A DNA stretch of 64,000 nucleotides from Lachnospira sp. (GTDB taxonomy: Bacteria; Bacillota; Clostridia; Lachnospirales; Lachnospiraceae): assembly GCA_015057605.1 (NCBI GenBank), contig SVDX01000002.1, positions 24,312 to 88,311 of the forward strand. The letters are read 5' to 3'. This document shows positions 56,193 to 64,000 of the stretch, piece after piece; the stretch's first letter is position 1, and each line of letters begins with the position of its first letter. The position numbers were made by a program, and so were the translations under genes. Under the pieces are notes generated by a model. It was given only the letters and a program-made list of their open reading frames with translations. It ran no database searches and was not told where the DNA came from.

Positions 56193-57959
56193 CTATTTTT
56201 CATTCAGGTACTTAAATGTAATGGTAAAATTCTCGTAAACAAGAGTATCCATATCTGCTGCTACATTATTAACCATTATCTCAAAATTCTGGTTAGCATC
56301 TACATCCATAAATACAAGTAATTGCTTTACAGTGTAGAAATTTTCCATTTTTATATCATCGTCATTTTTAATTTCATAATACTCATTTTCAAGATTACCA
56401 TTAACATAAGCAAATCTTGGACAAACAAGTTTTTTACCATTAACCTCAAATGTAAGACTTTCTTTAAACTCTTCTAAATCTGCAAGTGTTGCTTTTGCAT
56501 CTGCACCTATCGTTGATGGAGTTACCTTAATATTATCACTGTCGCTTATAACTGAATTGATATTCGCAGGCTTATCATTAATTGTAATCAACGCTGATTC
56601 GCCTCTATCGCCTCTTACAAGTCTTGTCTTTTTATTAACACTAAATCTTAATTCCTTACCACTTTTTGCAAACAAATCTTCATTAGGATATGATACCTGC
56701 ATAAGCGCATCGCTTACTGTAAGCTTACCTGTATCATATAATTTAACGCGCACATCATTAACACGTACATATATAAATTTGCTTTGCGATGAGTAATAAT
56801 TCATACAGATTCCAACAGGTGTTACATACAAGGAATCCTTTTCAAAATCCTTGACATCAAACTCTACGTTTTTAAGAACTTCCTTTCCTCTTAACGCAAC
56901 TCTTTCCTTTGCTATTTTTAGTTCCTGTGCAACATAATCTGTATAGCCTGGAATTTTACCGCCTCCACCGACGACGAACACTGCACTTACAGGCTTGTAG
57001 CAATTTAAGTCAACAATTTTTTTACTTGCTTCCTTTGCGATTTTTCTGACAACCTTATCACAGGTAGCAACAACCTCTTTACTTGTTGTTGTCATTGGAA
57101 GTCCCATAATATCTTCGTACTCAATCTTATTAGCACCATTTGCCGCTTCTCTTTTTATATATTCAGCTGTATTAAAATCAACAAGATACTTTTCTACAAT
57201 CGCCTCTGTAATCTCATCACCTGCACTTGGAATCATACCAAATGCCACTACATTTCCTTCTTTTGTTATACATATATCTGAAGTTCCGGCTCCAACATCA
57301 ATAAGCGCAATATTAAGTAGTCTATATTGCTTAGGGATAGCTACATTGATTGCCGCAATAGGCTCTAAGGTTAAGCCAATAATCTCAAGTCCTGCCAAAT
57401 AAAGCGCCTGATTAAGTCCATCTACAACCTCATCAGGTAAAAATGTAGCAATAAGTTCAACGCCTATCTTTGTGCCCTTATGATTTTCAATATTCACAAA
57501 CTCATATTCATTCAAATAATATGTTATTGGTGAGTTACCCACACAGTAATATTTTGAAGCATTTTTGCTGGCAATTATCTCATAAGCTTCTTCTACAGCC
57601 AACATATCTAAAGAGTAAATATGCTCCTTAGTTATTCTTGTTTCCTCGTCAAATTCAATTTCTGCCTTCACATTAACAGTTTTTAAAACTCTACCAGCCG
57701 CTGCAACACATGCCTTTGTAAGCTTAGTGCCTGTCTGTTTTTCAAGGTCGGCTTTTACAAGACCAACTATTCGACCAACCTCTTCAATATCATGAATCTG
57801 TCCGTCAATCATAGCTCTGCTTTCGTGTTCTTTGACACTCATTGCAACTATATGGAAACTGTTATTAGTTTTATAACCAATTATACCAACAACACTTCTT
57901 GTTCCAATATCTAAGCCAAATACCATATTATCCTGTTCAACATTAAGTTTTTTTGCCAT
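56193..57959 (-). CDS. actin/Hsp70-fold ATPase, FtsA-like, with a C-terminal extension of about 200 aa
   Basis: Phosphate-1 FGLDIGTRSV, DVGAGTSD and VVGGGGKIPG. The C-terminus has no membrane-targeting helix but has repeated xVNG/N...DxI modules. Confidence 0.7.
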   Translation of the reverse strand: MAKKLNVEQDNMVFGLDIGTRSVVGIIGYKTNNSFHIVAMSVKEHESRAMIDGQIHDIEEVGRIVGLVKADLEKQTGTKLTKACVAAAGRVLKTVNVKAEIEFDEETRITKEHIYSLDMLAVEEAYEIIASKNASKYYCVGNSPITYYLNEYEFVNIENHKGTKIGVELIATFLPDEVVDGLNQALYLAGLEIIGLTLEPIAAINVAIPKQYRLLNIALIDVGAGTSDICITKEGNVVAFGMIPSAGDEITEAIVEKYLVDFNTAEYIKREAANGANKIEYEDIMGLPMTTTSKEVVATCDKVVRKIAKEASKKIVDLNCYKPVSAVFVVGGGGKIPGYTDYVAQELKIAKERVALRGKEVLKNVEFDVKDFEKDSLYVTPVGICMNYYSSQSKFIYVRVNDVRVKLYDTGKLTVSDALMQVSYPNEDLFAKSGKELRFSVNKKTRLVRGDRGESALITINDKPANINSVISDSDNIKVTPSTIGADAKATLADLEEFKESLTFEVNGKKLVCPRFAYVNGNLENEYYEIKNDDDIKMENFYTVKQLLVFMDVDANQNFEIMVNNVAADMDTLVYENFTITFKYLNEK

Positions 57960-57980
57960 AAAATCTTCCTCCGATTACAA

Positions 57981-58568
57981 TCAGCCAAGCAGCTTATCTA
58001 TTTGACATTTTGTATATTCAAATTCATAGCTGTTGTCAATTGTTTCTTGACACGCTTTTCTAAACTCGTCCTCGCTAAGCTGATTGCTAATCACGTCATC
58101 AATTTTTTCATCTGTATAATTTCTGCTTTCCTTAAGTCTGTTTCTTCTAACAGTTTCATCTGCATAAATATACCACAATTCATCGCATATCACATCATAA
58201 TGGTCCTCTATCAAAAGAGCCGCCTCGACAAATACATAATCATATTTTTGTTCACAGCTTTCTCTTGCTATATCCTCTATAATATGCTTTTTCACCAATG
58301 GATGCACAATGCTATTTAATACTACCAGTTTAAATTTGTTTGTAAATACTATTTGAGATAATTTAGCTCTATCAATCTCTAAATCTCCTCTTAATATTCC
58401 ATCGCCAAACACTTCAACAATTCGTGTATAAGCCTTTGCATCCTTTTGCATAAGTTCCTTTGCTACATCATCTGCATAGATAACCTTTGCATTATAATTA
58501 TCGGAAATGTAGCGTAGCACTGTTGTTTTGCCGCAGCCTACACCTCCCGTAATTCCTATTACCTTCAT
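57981..58568 (-). CDS. coaE: dephospho-CoA kinase
   Basis: MKVIGITGGVGCGKTT P-loop start. Confidence 0.9.
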   Translation of the reverse strand: MKVIGITGGVGCGKTTVLRYISDNYNAKVIYADDVAKELMQKDAKAYTRIVEVFGDGILRGDLEIDRAKLSQIVFTNKFKLVVLNSIVHPLVKKHIIEDIARESCEQKYDYVFVEAALLIEDHYDVICDELWYIYADETVRRNRLKESRNYTDEKIDDVISNQLSEDEFRKACQETIDNSYEFEYTKCQIDKLLG

Positions 58569-61166
58569 CTATTTTGCCTCGTACCAGCTATTGCCTTTAT
58601 GCACATCTATCTCTAATGGCACTAAAAGCTTAGCTACATTTTTCATTTCTGCTTCTAATATCGACATTACTATCTCAAGCTCATCCTTATGTGCTTCAAT
58701 AAGCAATTCATCATGAACCTGCAAAATAAGTCTTGACTTTAAGCCTTCTTCCTTTAAGCGTTTGTATACCTTTATCATCGCAATTTTGATAATATCAGCT
58801 GCACTTCCCTGAATAGGAGAATTCATAGCAACTCTTTCACCAAATGCACGTTGCATAAAATTGCTTGAAGAAAGTTCTAAAATCGGTCTTCTTCTGTTAT
58901 ACATAGTCTTAGCATATCCAAGCTTTTTCGCATTTGCAACACATTCATCAAGAAATTCTTTTACTTTTTTGTAGGTATTAAAGTATTCTTCAATATAGGC
59001 CGCTGCTTCCTTCTTAGTTATACTTAAATCATTACTAAGTCCAAACGAACTTATACCATATACGATACCGAAATTTACAGCCTTTGCATTACGTCTTTGC
59101 AAATCTGTGACCTCATTTAACGGCACCTTGAATACCTTAGATGCTGTACTTCTATGAATATCACTATCTTGTCTATATGCCTCTAATAAAACCTCATCCG
59201 CTGACAAATGCGCTAATATTCTAAGTTCAATTTGTGAATAATCGGCATCAACAAATACATATTCCTTCGCAGGAACAAATACCTTTCTAATCTCTCTTCC
59301 AAGTTCCATTCTAACTGGAATATTTTGAAGATTAGGCTCTGTACTGCTTATTCTTCCAGTCGCAGTTATTGTCTGATTGAATTTCCCATGTATTCTGTTA
59401 TCCTCTTTTATATAACCAACCAAGCCTTCAACATAGGTTGAATTAAGCTTTGTAAGCTGTCTGTATTCAAGTATTTTTTCAACCACCGGATATTCAGGAG
59501 CAAGTTTCTCAAGTACATCTGCACTTGTAGAATATCCACTTTTTGTTTTCTTTGAATATGGTAGTTGCATTTTTTCAAATAATACAACTCCTAATTGCTT
59601 AGGTGAATTAATGTTAAATTCTTCACCGGTAAGTTCATATATTTCTTTTTCTACGGTAGTTATCCTTGCCATAAGTTTAGCACCGTAGTCCTTTAATTCT
59701 TCTTTATTAACCTTTATACCAATTCTTTGCATATCGTATAACACATATACAAGCGGCATTTCAATATCGGTATAAAGCTTATACATATCTGTCTCTTTTA
59801 GCTTTTCACGTAAAACCTCTACAAGCTTTAATGCTATGTAAGACTCATATGCACTCTTTAATGTTACTTCACTAACCTCTTTTAGATTAATGTTAGCATA
59901 TTCATTTGCAAGTTCCTGATAGCTATAACTATCCTTCATTGGATTAAGTAAATAAGCCATTAATCCAATGTCATAAATCTTCTTATCCTCAACATTTTCA
60001 AGATACATTGCCTGCTCTTTTAAATCAATAGTTGCCACCATTGTATCATCATAAGCAATCGCATCACATACATTGCTTATGATATATGTTGTGCTAATAA
60101 AACCACCTACCATAATATGATAAATGTTATTTTCATTTAGCGCTATTGTCACTCCGATTAATTCATCTTCTTCACGTATAAACTTAAATGCCTTAACCGG
60201 CGCATTTTTAAATTGTACAAATATATCCTCTGCCTTTATAAAATCCTCTACAGCTGTGATTTTATCGCTAATATCCATATTAACATCATTAGAAATGTTA
60301 TCATCAAATTTTCTAAGTAAAGACTTAAAATTAAATCTTACAAACATTTCATATGCTTCTTTTGTGTATAGATTGTCTATTTTAGCCTTCTCTATATCAT
60401 AATCAAGTTCAACTGATGTATTGATGGTTGCAAGCACCTTGCTAAGTTCAACCATTTCTTTATTTTCAATCAAAGAATTTTTTACCTTGTTACCTGTAAT
60501 ATTATCAATATTATTATAAATATTCTCAATTGAGTGATATTCTGTAATCAGCTTTGTTGCTGTCTTCTCTCCAATTCCCTGCGCTCCAGGTATGTTATCT
60601 GAAGAATCACCCATTAACGCCTTTAACTCAATGAATTCAAGTGGTGTTACACTATATTTTTCAAGTACATCTAAGGCATTGTAATCTTCCACATCTTTAG
60701 TACCATTTTTAGTCTTTGGAATTCTAATTTTGATATTGTCTGTGGCAAGCTGAAGCAAATCTCTATCGCCCGACAAAACAGATACCTCATAGCCCTTGCT
60801 CTCATACATTTTAGCAAGTGTGCCAAGTATATCATCTGCTTCAAAGCCAGGCTTTGTAAGTATGCATATACCCATTGCTTCTAATACTTCTTTTATAAGT
60901 GGCACCTGCTGGCGAAATTCCTCTGGTGCCGGCTTTCTTGTGCCTTTATATTGTTCATATAGCTTGTGTCTAAAGGTTGGCTCCTTTAAATCAAATGCAA
61001 CTGTTATATTTTGTGGTTTTTCCTCATCTAACACCTTAAAAAGAATATTAAGGAAGCCAAAAACCGCATTAGTATGCAATCCTTCGGCGTTAGTTAAATC
61101 AGGTACACCATAAAATGCTCTATTTAAAATACTATGACCATCTATTAAAACTACTTTATTTTTCAC
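58569..61166 (-). CDS. polA: DNA polymerase I
   Basis: A 5' nuclease domain (VVLIDGHSILNRAF), a 3'-5' exo-like region and pol motifs (DYSQIELR, QVHDEL). A GTG start 7 nt after GGAGG is preferred. Confidence 0.95.
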   Translation of the reverse strand: MKNKVVLIDGHSILNRAFYGVPDLTNAEGLHTNAVFGFLNILFKVLDEEKPQNITVAFDLKEPTFRHKLYEQYKGTRKPAPEEFRQQVPLIKEVLEAMGICILTKPGFEADDILGTLAKMYESKGYEVSVLSGDRDLLQLATDNIKIRIPKTKNGTKDVEDYNALDVLEKYSVTPLEFIELKALMGDSSDNIPGAQGIGEKTATKLITEYHSIENIYNNIDNITGNKVKNSLIENKEMVELSKVLATINTSVELDYDIEKAKIDNLYTKEAYEMFVRFNFKSLLRKFDDNISNDVNMDISDKITAVEDFIKAEDIFVQFKNAPVKAFKFIREEDELIGVTIALNENNIYHIMVGGFISTTYIISNVCDAIAYDDTMVATIDLKEQAMYLENVEDKKIYDIGLMAYLLNPMKDSYSYQELANEYANINLKEVSEVTLKSAYESYIALKLVEVLREKLKETDMYKLYTDIEMPLVYVLYDMQRIGIKVNKEELKDYGAKLMARITTVEKEIYELTGEEFNINSPKQLGVVLFEKMQLPYSKKTKSGYSTSADVLEKLAPEYPVVEKILEYRQLTKLNSTYVEGLVGYIKEDNRIHGKFNQTITATGRISSTEPNLQNIPVRMELGREIRKVFVPAKEYVFVDADYSQIELRILAHLSADEVLLEAYRQDSDIHRSTASKVFKVPLNEVTDLQRRNAKAVNFGIVYGISSFGLSNDLSITKKEAAAYIEEYFNTYKKVKEFLDECVANAKKLGYAKTMYNRRRPILELSSSNFMQRAFGERVAMNSPIQGSAADIIKIAMIKVYKRLKEEGLKSRLILQVHDELLIEAHKDELEIVMSILEAEMKNVAKLLVPLEIDVHKGNSWYEAK

Positions 61167-61183
61167 AAAACTGCCTCCACTTT

Positions 61184-61507
61184 TTAAATTAGCATATAAA
61201 GCATACAAAAAATCGTAACAAGATTAGCTATTATAATAAATGTTCTTCTTACTTTGTTATATTTTAAATATGCCTCTACTCTTTTTTTAGAAGCTCTAAG
61301 CTTGTCTTCAATCTGTTGCTTGAAATTATATGATTTACTCTCTTCACTCTTGTCCGATAAGCCATACTCTAAAATATAATATATCTCTAGCTCTTCTCTG
61401 CAATCCTTACAACTTTCAAAATGCTTAAGCAAGGCCGCAACTTCTTCTATTGCAAGCTGATTATTTATATATCGTTTTATCAATGCTTCATTCTTGCCAC
61501 AAGTCAT
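61184..61507 (-). CDS. zf-HC2 (ZAS-type) anti-sigma-factor-like protein with C-terminal TM helix
   Basis: Complete motif C3-x25-H29-x3-C33-x2-C36. One C-terminal TM with no extracytoplasmic domain. Confidence 0.55.
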   Translation of the reverse strand: MTCGKNEALIKRYINNQLAIEEVAALLKHFESCKDCREELEIYYILEYGLSDKSEESKSYNFKQQIEDKLRASKKRVEAYLKYNKVRRTFIIIANLVTIFCMLYMLI

Positions 61508-61510
61508 ATA

Positions 61511-62017
61511 TCACATTTTCTCCATTCTAAGCTTTTTCATAACGTGTGTTATAGGATGGTATAACACAAGCATTATAAAAAAATTACCAATTCCATGCAC
61601 GATGTCCCAAGGAATTCCTGAAATCCACCATGCAAAAGCCATACTTGTTCCATTCTTTATATCTAAAAAAATATATACCCATGAACATAAAAAGCCAAAC
61701 ATAAGACCAAATACACCTGACAGTATGCTAAACGATACTGCCGATTTCATTTTTCTAAATATGTATGTTAAAAGAACCAAAATAGGCCATACATAAAGAT
61801 ACATTACCCACCATATCGAAAAGCCAAACATAAGGCCTTCAATAAGAATAAATGCCGGTATAACTACCAGTATCCTTTTGCCCATATACAAGGTAAATAT
61901 TATTATAAAAAATGAGGTTAACTCAATATTAGGAACATTAGCTAAAACTATTTTACAAACCTCAATTATTGCAATCATCATTGCAATAATTGTAATATCC
62001 TTTGCTACTAACTTCAT
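61511..62017 (-). CDS. ECF-transporter S-component-like membrane protein (cobalamin-related by context)
   Basis: 168 aa with about 5-6 TM helices. It lies downstream of the DUF4430 gene and a cobalamin riboswitch. Confidence 0.6.
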   Translation of the reverse strand: MKLVAKDITIIAMMIAIIEVCKIVLANVPNIELTSFFIIIFTLYMGKRILVVIPAFILIEGLMFGFSIWWVMYLYVWPILVLLTYIFRKMKSAVSFSILSGVFGLMFGFLCSWVYIFLDIKNGTSMAFAWWISGIPWDIVHGIGNFFIMLVLYHPITHVMKKLRMEKM

Positions 62018-62019
62018 AA

Positions 62020-62424
62020 CTACTCAGCCTTCGTATATACTATTTTGAATTTATCACCGTCATTAACAACCTGAGTTTCTATTCCGTTAGCGCAGTACTC
62101 ATCATTTACATAAAAGCTCCAATATGCTTTATCCTTATTGTAATCAGCTCTTATGCCGTTAACAGTATCTACCATTGTACCATACTGACTTTCTGTTCCG
62201 GAAAATGTAAGTCCTTTAGCCTCTTCCATTGCTTGTTTTAAAAAACTTGCATCTGTTTTTAATTCATATACTGTAGTTTTTGCATCTGCATCAACCACTG
62301 AAATCACTACTGACTTACTTCCCTTAACAGGCTTGTCTCTAAAAACAAAAAATGCTGTAACCATAGCAGCTATGACAAGCACAAATGCTACTATGCCTAT
62401 TATTTTTTTCTTATTCGTACTCAT
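62020..62424 (-). CDS. DUF4430-domain (transcobalamin-like) membrane-anchored protein
   Basis: N-terminal anchor. The C-terminal pattern WSFYVNDEYCANGIETQVVNDGDKFKIVY is typical of DUF4430. Start at MSTNKKK after a GAAAGGAG SD. Confidence 0.7.
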   Translation of the reverse strand: MSTNKKKIIGIVAFVLVIAAMVTAFFVFRDKPVKGSKSVVISVVDADAKTTVYELKTDASFLKQAMEEAKGLTFSGTESQYGTMVDTVNGIRADYNKDKAYWSFYVNDEYCANGIETQVVNDGDKFKIVYTKAE

Positions 62425-62469
62425 TTTTGTACTCCTTTCAAATATTGTTCGCAACGCCATCCTATTGCA

Positions 62470-62715
62470 ATAAGTGCAGAATATTGTGGAACAATACCTT
62501 AAGGAATATTGTCATGGTTTAACCAGTTACTCGTGGTTCCACAATCTCACTACAGGCAGGTCTTCTGACTTAGCTATCAACATCTAAATGCGCCTTCCCA
62601 ACCTTAGTCAGTGGCATATGCACTAAGACTCCTTCATTACAGCGACGAGTTCGTGCAGGATTTACACCCGCTTCCCTTTTCACCAAAGCAAACCTTGTTT
62701 CTTTGACACCTATAA
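62470..62715 (-). promoter_or_regulatory. cobalamin (B12) riboswitch with expression platform
   Basis: Minus strand has GGTGAAAAGGGAAGCGGGTGTAAATCCTGCAC, GCCACTG, GGGAAGGCG and the B12 box AGTCAGAAGACCTGCC (62555-62570). Downstream lie ATTGTGGAAC/GTTCCACAAT and other alternative helices. Confidence 0.85.
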
Positions 62716-62738
62716 TGCTTCTTTTCACTTAATAATAC

Positions 62739-62767
62739 ATTGTATCACATTTTTAACTTTTTTTCAA
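62739..62767 (-). promoter_or_regulatory. sigma-A type promoter driving the riboswitch operon
   Basis: Minus strand has TTGAAA, a 17-nt spacer and TACAAT, with a TGn extended -10. Confidence 0.6.
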
Positions 62768-62780
62768 CTTTATAAGCACA

Positions 62781-63983
62781 TTAGAAATACTCATAATACG
62801 ATAGTTTTTTTAGTTTTTCATCATCTATATGCAAATGTTTACAGACATCTATAAAATAATCATCTGTCATTGTTGCAATAAAGTCTGTTACTATTTCATT
62901 TGCATCTGCAGTAATTCTTCTTGATTCCTTGTCTCTGTAGTAATTTCCTAAAATACCATCATTTAAATAATGCTTAAATACCGGCGATTCATAATTAGCA
63001 TTTTTAACGTCATCAATAAATGTATCATATAAGCCCTTCATAAGCGGTTCAACCACCTCTATATAAGGCTCATTAAGCTGTGAATTATTATAAATAATTC
63101 TATAGTTTTCCTCTATAAGATCCTTTAAATCAGCAAATACCTCCTGATCCATATTTAGAGACGGCGAATCAATGCTGTTTTTAATAATATTTATAACAAG
63201 ATTTGATATTATATCTCTATTAGTAGTACCAATTAGTCTCTTGCTTTTAAATTTTTCTTCTGTTATCAAACCCGCTCTATAAAGGTCCTGTCTATCCTTA
63301 CCGGCATAAGCAATCATATCGCTTATACGCACAACACAACCTTCTAAAGTGTTAGGTCTTAACTGTTTATGATAATCATTTTCGATATAACATTTTTCTA
63401 ATATTTCATCAAATGCTTTAAAGTCCTTTAAATCTGATGGAGCATATTCCTTACATACCTTTTCACCATTGTGCGATAAAACACCACTTAAGGTTTGTAA
63501 GGAAATATTGGTGCCTAAAATGTATCTAAACAGCTTTGTGCTATGCACATTATGATTAAAATAACGATTACTGCCTTTTTGATAGCATTTACTAAGATAC
63601 TCCTCACCCTTATGTCCAAATGGAGTGTGTCCCATATCATGTCCTAATGCAATTGCTTCAATCAAATCCAAATTAAGCTTTAGGGCTCTGCCTATCGTTC
63701 TTGCAATTTTTGAAACAAACTGTACATGCAGTGCTCTTCTTGTCAAATCATCATTCTTAAAAAATGAGAACACCTGTGTTTTGTCTGCATATCTATTGTA
63801 GAGAGGATTATGTATTATGCAATCTACGTCATATGAAAATTGAGGGCGTATAATATCATAACGTGGTGCTCTAAATCTTATGGCGTCCACATTTTTTGTG
63901 GCATATTTTGATAGTCTGTCATCATTTTCTAAATTAACTTCCTTTAAATATTCCTCTTCTCCTTTTGTAAATTCAAAGTACAT
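62781..63983 (-). CDS. HD-domain dNTP triphosphohydrolase (dGTPase-like)
   Basis: ALGHDMGHTPFGH HD motif, 400 aa, with a layout typical of Dgt-like proteins. Confidence 0.85.
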   Translation of the reverse strand: MYFEFTKGEEEYLKEVNLENDDRLSKYATKNVDAIRFRAPRYDIIRPQFSYDVDCIIHNPLYNRYADKTQVFSFFKNDDLTRRALHVQFVSKIARTIGRALKLNLDLIEAIALGHDMGHTPFGHKGEEYLSKCYQKGSNRYFNHNVHSTKLFRYILGTNISLQTLSGVLSHNGEKVCKEYAPSDLKDFKAFDEILEKCYIENDYHKQLRPNTLEGCVVRISDMIAYAGKDRQDLYRAGLITEEKFKSKRLIGTTNRDIISNLVINIIKNSIDSPSLNMDQEVFADLKDLIEENYRIIYNNSQLNEPYIEVVEPLMKGLYDTFIDDVKNANYESPVFKHYLNDGILGNYYRDKESRRITADANEIVTDFIATMTDDYFIDVCKHLHIDDEKLKKLSYYEYF

Positions 63984-64000
63984 GTATTTCCTCCTATATC

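Noticed and set aside
62781-63983. dGTPase-like HD protein as an anti-phage dNTP-depletion defence gene
   Set aside because: It has the size and motifs of the common housekeeping Dgt-like family of Firmicutes and sits in a core context with no other defence or mobile genes. Nothing in the sequence supports a defence role.
1-64000. Scan for mobile elements, prophage, tRNA/rRNA, toxin-antitoxin pairs and restriction-modification genes
   Set aside because: No transposase, integrase, recombinase, terminal inverted repeats, tRNA cloverleaf candidates in intergenic gaps, or small two-gene TA-like cassettes were seen. The gaps are short and are accounted for by promoters, terminators or the riboswitch.

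Overview
AT-rich (about one-third G+C by eye) chromosomal core region of a low-GC Firmicute, most likely a spore-forming Clostridia member (spoIVA, yqfC, yqfD and a SpoVB-like flippase are present). I count about 67 protein genes, and all but two are on the minus strand. Most of them form highly conserved housekeeping blocks. From low to high coordinates: proB', two flavoproteins, cdd-ybeY-phoH-yqfD-yqfC, rpsU, alaS, rnhA, spoIVA, gpsA-plsY-der, rnhB-lepB-ylqF-lepB, rplS-trmD-rimM-KH-rpsP-ffh-ylxM, ftsY-smc-rnc-acpP-plsX-rpmF-yceD, ackA-pta, tmcAL, coaE-polA and a dGTPase-like HD protein. I saw no rRNA, tRNA, CRISPR array, transposase, integrase or prophage gene. One clear RNA element is a cobalamin riboswitch (about 62470-62715, minus strand) in front of a DUF4430 / ECF S-component operon. 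Several consensus-like sigma-A promoters and rho-independent terminators can be read directly from the sequence. The candidates worth a second look are non-core insertions or odd couplings. (1) A five-gene overlapping operon joins an intramembrane-sensing two-component system to two GT8 glycosyltransferase domains and two PlsC-type acyltransferase domains, one pair fused in a single protein. This is my best guess for an undescribed envelope-remodelling system. (2) RNase HI is translationally coupled to a membrane-anchored MutS-domain-V ATPase. (3) A small alarmone synthetase is translationally coupled to a PL1 pectate-lyase-like lipoprotein with a (TDAP)n linker. (4) A GC-rich, apparently structured 168-nt spacer lies inside the pta-ackA operon. 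(5) A strong hairpin hides the spoIVA Shine-Dalgarno sequence and carries a sigma-E-type promoter in its 5' arm. (6) An orphan zinc-finger anti-sigma-like protein sits between the B12-riboswitch genes and polA. All protein calls rest on motif and family recognition from the supplied translations. No database search was possible, so novelty claims remain hypotheses.
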